The notes under the pieces: generated by a model
What the model was told of the DNA's origin: nothing
Seen by the model: the letters and a program-made list of their open reading frames with translations, nothing else
Databases searched by the model: none
Program-made: the position numbers and the translations under genes
NCBI GenBank assembly: GCA_012295275.1
Contig: CM022675.1
Coordinates: 13,082,001-13,146,000, forward strand
Length of the DNA stretch: 64,000 nucleotides
Reading direction: 5' to 3'
DNA from: Chrysomallon squamiferum
Taxonomy: Eukaryota > Animalia > Mollusca
Part shown: one piece after another, positions 56,107-64,000 of the stretch
Layout of the letters: each line of letters begins with the position of its first letter
Numbering within the stretch: position 1 is the first letter of the stretch

Positions 56107-56357
56107 ATTCTTCCAAAAGAGCTCATCTCTGGTTGGAACGGGCTGTTGTTATTGTTTGCTGATCATAAACACTCAGTCCACGCTTTCCTCTTTACTGGGT
56201 CAGTGAAGCGCTGCTAAATGTCAGCAGACTGAAATTGTTGTGGCAGAATATTAAACGGGGCAAACCTTCAAGGTGCGTTTTTATCGGTTCCGGCTTGTGA
56301 ACACATTCAGACTTATCCTCGTGTTTTCATTTTTTATTTCTTATTTATTTTATTTTA

Positions 56358-56397
<40 letters not shown>

Positions 56398-57357
56398 TTA
56401 TTATTATTATTATTATTATTACTATTATTATTATTAATTATTTTATTTTATTTTATTTTATTTTATTTTATTTTATTTTATTTTATTTTATTTTACTTTA
56501 TTTTATTTATAATTTATTTTTATTTTTATTTTTATTTTTTTTATTTGTTTGTTCCAGAGCGAAAGCTGGCACCACGCGGTTACATCCCTGTGGCGATTTT
56601 CCGGGTGGGTGGGTGTGTTAAATGGGGTGAAATTTACATTTATGTTAGCGTGACGTACTATCGTTGTTCACTGGTTTGTGCAGTTTGTTCTGGATAGACA
56701 GTTGTTCAGCGTAACGCCTTTAGTGTACACAGTCTACCACAGTAAGAACAGGCCTTTGTGTCGCAGTTATACAGACTATGTTAAAAGTGTTATAGATTTA
56801 TTAATACTACTATTACCACCAAAATAATAACTACTACTAATACTACTGTTACTGCTATTACTACTACAACCACCACTATTACTATTACTGCTACTGCTGC
56901 TGCTATTACACGTATTATCTTTACCACCACTACTACTGTTACGTGATATAACGATTATTACTACTTCTAGTTCCAATACTACTACTATTAGTACCACTAC
57001 TACTATTACTTCTACTACTATTGCTGTTGCTGCTATTACAGGTACTACCATTACCACTGTCACCACTACTATTGTTGCAACCAGATTAATCAGTGTGAAA
57101 TAAAATAACATGCATTAACATAAGAACCAGTACTATTAATAACTAACGCTATAAGTTATAAAGTTATATAATAGATATATTAATTTGTTCGTATTTATTT
57201 TTCTTTTTTCTTTTTTTTTTCTTTTTTGGCGGGCAAACCACAGAATTGAGAAGTCTCAACACAATCTTACATCAAGGTCGAACGATGTTATTCATATACA
57301 GATTGACAGACAGACAGACACACATACACAAAGATATAAACTGTGTGTGTGTGTGAT

Positions 57358-57485
<128 letters not shown>

Positions 57486-57923
57486 CACATAGACAATTTA
57501 TCTTTAATAATTCTGCGTATACCGATACTTCTTGATTGGTCCCTATTGATAACCTCCATGAACAACTGCGGCAACAACAGCAACAACAACATCTATCAGA
57601 CAAAACAAAAACAAACAGTTTGGAACAAACCACCACTTTATTAACTATTATTATCAAGCATGTTTCAAAGAATTTATTTCCAAATATAACACGAGAAAAT
57701 AAATTCGTATCTAAGTCAGATTTAGCAGCGCTGAATGTCTAATATTTATCTTTTTAACGAGTGGAGACTTTAAAACCAGTGGAAAATATAAGAGAGAAAG
57801 TTTTAATTCATAAAGAAAAGTAAATGTATTGTACATTTCTGTATAGTTGTCTGTGTGTACAGTTACATTTAATGACATGAGCAATCTATTTAAAATAATT
57901 TCTTAAAATTATGTCCCCTGAAG

Positions 57924-58004
<81 letters not shown>

Positions 58005-58285
58005 CTTTTGTTGTGAAAACCTTTATTATTATTATTTTTTTTAATTATCGTTTGTCTTTTATGCTATTTTTTTTCTTCTGCTTCTGCAAGAAAACGCAAA
58101 TGAATTTAACAAGCCAAAACACCATTTATATTTTAATTATTGAAATATTTTTCACACATCACTGAAACGAACTAAATAACATCAAACGATTTCAGTCTTT
58201 GTGTGGGCGTGTGTCGCTTGTCCCATGCAAAAAATTATCATTATTATTATTACTTTTTTTTACTGATATACATTTTTATTTGTTC

Positions 58286-58348
<63 letters not shown>

Positions 58349-59345
58349 CATTGTCGTTGTTGTTGTTGTTGATGACAGATTTTCTTATAATTATTATTAC
58401 TAATTTGTTGATTGATCGACTGATTGTTAATGTTATGTTTTGTTTGCTTTTGAAATAATCATGATTAATGTACAAATTTTTATTTTTTTCGTTTTCGATT
58501 GCTCTGTACTTCAAACAAATGTAAATTAAAATTTAACAGTTTCCTTTTAAACAGTCATTTTAAAAGTGCGGGAACTCTTTCTCTGCTTGTAAAAGAAATA
58601 CTTATTAATTTATCATTTTATTCGAATAAATACAATTATAAATGGTCAAAAGGAAATTCGACAGAAAAGAAGCTGAGATTTGTATGTGATTGAAATAAAA
58701 AATTTATAATCCGTTTTTCGTTTTAGTTTTCATTTTTGAAATTCAGAAAGCATGCGATATTTCTTAGTGAAATTATTATCAGTGCATGCTATGGATCATA
58801 CGCTAAATCTTGCTGTATCTATCTGCGTGCGCGCGCATGTTTGTCTACATATAAAATGTATGTATGTGAGCGTATGTGTGATAAGTGCATTTTTAAATAG
58901 ACGTCGTTACGTAAAACGGAATCGATATGAAGATAATATCGATTATTTTATTTGTCAAACTCAATTAACGAAGCATAATGTTTGAAGCGAAAATGAAATT
59001 AAAAAGTGAAAGCAAAAGTAAAATTAAACTGCAATGTTTCTTATAAAGATAATCAAGATCTGCAGTTATCTTTTATATGAAAAAACTAAATGTTTATTGT
59101 ATGTGAAATTAACCATCTTGAGGTTAAACAGATGGACAGACGCGCATACAGACAGATAGATAAATAAACAAATTTAAATCTGTTCGCAGAACATTATATT
59201 TTGACTGTCTAATTATAATAATAATAAAAATAATATAATGACAACAATATATACTTAGATAATAGTTTTGCTATGTTTTTGTTTTCGTGAAAAAAGCTGT
59301 TAGTGATTTTTTTATTTTATTATTATTTTATTATTATTATTATTA

Positions 59346-59376
<31 letters not shown>

Positions 59377-59837
59377 TTAAACATAATGAAGGTTAAAAAC
59401 TAAATGATAAACAAAGAAGAGAGATACATCTGGTGGTCTGAGTAATAGAATTTTACCTATTTTTATTTTGCACTCTTTTTTTGTTTGTTTGTTTGTTTGT
59501 TTTTTTACAGTTTCATTATTTTTCCTTCATCGAATTTGTCGACTTCATATTCTTGGCTCCTTCACTGGAAAGGAAGTCTCAGAGATCCTCTGAGTTTCGA
59601 ACTTCTGCGCACGCGCAATTCACTTCCGTCATCCATTGTCGCAAATCTGAAAGAAAGCAAAAGAAATATAAATTAGTATTTTAGATGATAGCAAATATAT
59701 ATATATAAAAGTAAAATAACAGTACCCATATCTAAATTTGTATAAATTATAAAAGTAAGACGCAGATATAGGCAAATACAGTAATATTAGCATTCATTTT
59801 CCCTTTCTTTAAATGACATTAATAATAATAATAATAA

Positions 59838-59868
<31 letters not shown>

Positions 59869-60149
59869 AAGAAGAACAACAACAACAACAACAGCAACAG
59901 CAGTAGGAAAGATATAATATGAAAGAGACATTTAAAAATGAATACAAACATCAATACAACTATGAAAACATAACTCAATCAATAAAAAAGGCAAAACATT
60001 TCATTAATATGTAAACAACTATAAGCAAACACTATAACATAAAAATAGCATGACTCAAGATGATATCAGAACATACCAACATGTAACATAAAATTATAAC
60101 ATGACTTATTGAAAATAACATAACATGTTACAGGAAAACACAGTGTAGC

Positions 60150-60460
60150 GTAAAATAACCATAACATAACGTAACTGAAAATGACAAAACAAAACATAAC
60201 TTAATGGAAAATAGCAAAGCAAAACATAACGTAACATAATGTAAAATAAACCGAAACGTAACGTAACGTAATGTGATATAATAAACCGAAACGTAACGTA
60301 ACGTAATGTGATATAATTAAACGTAACGTAACGTAGTTGTAAGATAACAAAACAGATAACGTAACGTGAGATATCAAAACAAAAGATAACGTAACCTACT
60401 GTGAAAGAATAAAACATTACAGAAGGCAACGTAACGTAACGTAACGTAAAGTAACGTAAT
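60150..60460. repeat. Degenerate (CGTAA/CATAA)n pentanucleotide satellite
   Basis: ACGTAACGTAACGTAA runs, with a ~34-bp internal duplication at 60247-60315. Confidence 0.85.
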
Positions 60461-60829
60461 ACCATTTCTACACGACACAACATAGCGAGAAAGAATATAA
60501 ATTAAGACTAAATATAAAATTTAATTATTTAAATGAAGAAAAACACGAAGAAAAAAAATGGCTGTCAGTCAGGGCTGTGTCGTTATCTGTAGAACCAAAT
60601 CGTAAGCGATTGGAAGTGTTTTAATTTCCCGGCTAAAGATAACATTCTGAGAGACACGTTTCAATTATTAACCCACAAGATATGTCCTCGGAACCTCACT
60701 GGGAGAAAAAGCGAAGAAATAGAAAAAAAGGAAAAAATAGAATCTTCGTTGACAAAATAAAGAAACTGCTTAATTTGATTTGCACCCACTGTCAGTGTAA
60801 TTTAGTTAGAGTTTGTTGATTTCTGACTG

Positions 60830-60929
<100 letters not shown>

Positions 60930-61239
60930 TATTTAAATAAATAAATTAAATTAAATTAAAAAAAAAACGAAAACATAACACTCCCCCAAGCCCCAAAGCT
61001 AAATTTTACCATTTCTTATAATTATATTAAAAACTAAATAACAAAAATTAACCAAATAAAACAACACTAAAATAATACAAATGCAATCATTCATACAAAA
61101 CACTAGCACAAAGTGAAAAGACGTTCTTACTAAGGTTCAGTTTTCCTAACCGACATTTTCAATCAGAGAAAAACAGATGGGCAGAAAGAAAGAAAGACAC
61201 AGTTATAGGTACATACTGAGAAATAAATAAATAAATACA

Positions 61240-61306
<67 letters not shown>

Positions 61307-61780
61307 AATAAAATAAAATAACATAACATAAAATATTAAATATTAAAAAAAAAAACAGAAGTAAACCACGACATAGAACAACCATAACTGTTTAAATGGA
61401 TGATTATCTTGCTGTTTTATGGCTGGCTATATTTAATAATATCGAAAGTTATTACACACGGTGTAAATACTGCCAGTATTTTATGGATGCGGTTAACAGA
61501 AATAATGAAATAAGGAAACTGTACTCGCCGTTGCTCTCCGCCTACTCCGCTCAGTGTAATTATGACAATGCAGTGCTTTTGTTTTCGTTCTTTATTTAAT
61601 AACACGATATTATTGTTGTTATTGTTGTTTATTTAGTATGTTTTATACAGACAGACGCACACGTGCACTCGCATAAACACACACAAACACGCATATCCAC
61701 ACTCACACACACACACACACATACATAAAGTTTCAATTTTTGTCTTAATAATAATAATAATAATAATAATGACAATGATA

Positions 61781-61815
<35 letters not shown>

Positions 61816-62556
61816 AATAATAATAATAATTACTGTTATTAGTTTCTCTACATTACAGTCCAGCCTGCTTTTTCGGCAATCTGTCTATAACAACCGTCTC
61901 TCTAAGTCGGCCATCTTGCAATTTTTTTATTTTATTATTATTATATATTTTTTTTTTTTAACTGAGTGGCACTACAATATTTCTACGTCAGGTCCTTGTG
62001 TGCCAGTAGTCGAGAGGTTTGAAATTATTTATAAAATACAAGATTTAAGTCGCAGTGGAGTTTAGTACGGTGTGCTCCTACTTGTTACACATCCCATTTG
62101 TCAGACTGTTTATGATCACAGTCGTTATGTCTGAAAGCTCGACTAACCAACCATGTGTTGTTTACCTGTGTCTCATAAACGGATCAGTTAAACAATAAGA
62201 AGTAATAAGAAGTAATAAGAATTTTCATTAAATTTTCGATATCAAATATTTAATTCTGGCTTCATGTAAAAAAAAAAAAAATAATAATAATAAAAAATAA
62301 ATAAATAATAATAATAATAATAGTAATAATAATAATAAAAAATAATAATAAAAAAATTATTAGAGATATTAATTAAATTTTGGCAATGTCTTTAATCCTG
62401 CATTTTCTTAGAAACTTTTAACACGTAACTCTTTTTCTTTTCATTATTTATTTCTTTATTTGTTTCTTAGGTAAGAGGTTTTAAATTTCATCATCATCAT
62501 CGACACATTATTATTATTATTATTATTATTACTACTATTATTATTAATTATTCATT

Positions 62557-62658
<102 letters not shown>

Positions 62659-63137
62659 TTTGTGTTGTAATTAATTTTTTTTCCTCACTCGATATATTGT
62701 TCAGTTTTAGTCCATTATTTTCCCATCTTCAGTAATATTCCAACGACATCAACCTAATACATATTCATTACTTGATTGCTACTGCCGTAGTTAATGTTAC
62801 GTCATGTAGATTGTAGCTGACGTCACAGCGCCATTTGGAGGTTAATTGTTGTTTGATTGTATAACAAGAAACATAAATAATACATACTGGTAAGTATTAT
62901 GTTGGTTTCTCATGGCATAGATATGAAATATGCATACAAAAGAAAATCTCTCTGGACTACAATTGACTTTCTTAAGATACCCAGAGGGAAACGTGGGGAA
63001 ATTAAAATGTCGTAGTTTGACACTTTCGTTTGTTTTGTGTGCATTACAATTAGCGTAACAGCTTAACCTTTATAGAAATAACTGTTTATTTATTCAACGA
63101 GTTTTGTCATTACTGTTATTATGATTGTTGTTGTTGC

Positions 63138-63192
<55 letters not shown>

Positions 63193-63535
63193 TATTTTTG
63201 TTGTTGTTGCTGTTATTGTTGTTATTGTTATTATAAATAAATATAATAATAATAATAACAATAACAACAACAACAACTACTACAATAACAAACTAAATAA
63301 ATAAATAAAATGTAAAAATTCGTGACGGTTAAATATTATTATTAGGAAACCTTTTAAAAATATATTATTCATAAACTATAAAAAAATGTATAATTTTGTT
63401 TTTTTTGTTTATTTGTTTTGTTTGTTTTTTTATTTTTATTTTTTTTATTTTAAGAATAGGATTTCAGTAATTTCATTTTGGGAAATATAATAATTATTGC
63501 GTAGAAATATTTTATTATTGTGATTATTGTTGTTG

Positions 63536-63624
<89 letters not shown>

Positions 63625-64000
63625 TGTATTTTGTGAAATAACTTTTCACCGGTTTCATATTATTGTGAGTTTTGTAATTATTATGTAAAATAGATTTAAT
63701 CACCAGCTTTCTAATTTGTGAAAAGGATTCTATTCATTATCATTATTTCACTCTTTAATCTATAAAACTTTTTTTTCCTATTTAGTATCATTTTAAATTG
63801 TGAAATAGATTTTATTTTATCGTTTTCATTTATGGAATTGCTTTAAATTACTTACGATCACTGTAATATGTGAAATAGTTTTATATGATTGTTTTGTGAT
63901 ACTTTCATAATGTGAATATACTTTTTCTTTATCAAGCTTTCATTTAGACTTGTGAAATTGTCTTTACTTATTATTTTCTGATTATTTTATTTCATCAAAT

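Noticed and set aside
61466-61486. AATACTGCC resembling the miR-8/miR-200 mature sequence
   Set aside because: Only the seed-like part matches; it is a short local palindrome, not a ~60-nt precursor hairpin
61855-62025. Possible pogo/Tigger-like MITE remnant (TACAGTCCAGCCTG...GAGGTTTGAA)
   Set aside because: The right terminus is too degenerate to define TIRs or a TA duplication

Overview
AT-rich, microsatellite-dense metazoan genomic DNA with GT-AG introns (invertebrate; a mollusc/cephalopod origin is only a guess). A 200-N scaffold gap lies at 26817-27016. Four multi-exon genes were reconstructed by hand. (1) + strand cytosolic methionyl-tRNA synthetase MARS1 (5818-16213) is a decaying intron-containing copy: the GST-like N-terminus (8 exons) is intact, the exons carrying the HIGH catalytic motif are absent in frame, one splice donor is deleted, and there are two frameshifts and several substitutions at normally conserved residues. 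(2) An intact Rheb GTPase on the - strand (19574-23670, 182 aa, CAAX CIIS), convergent with MARS1. (3) A - strand secreted MUC4-like EGF-NIDO-AMOP-VWD(GDPH)-Ig/cadherin-like-EGF gene (27563-41919) with two frameshifts and a truncated EGF exon, running into the gap. (4) An intact ankyrin-repeat/SOCS-box gene, ASB1/ASB12-like (46825-51195, - strand, 298 aa), whose terminal exon is partly tandem-duplicated. Also present: a signal-peptide first exon at 1457-1526 (-), two hAT-type MITEs, tRNA-derived SINE copies, and several minisatellites anchored on splice acceptors. Most ORFs in the supplied track are microsatellite artefacts. All protein identifications come from recalled family motifs, not database searches.
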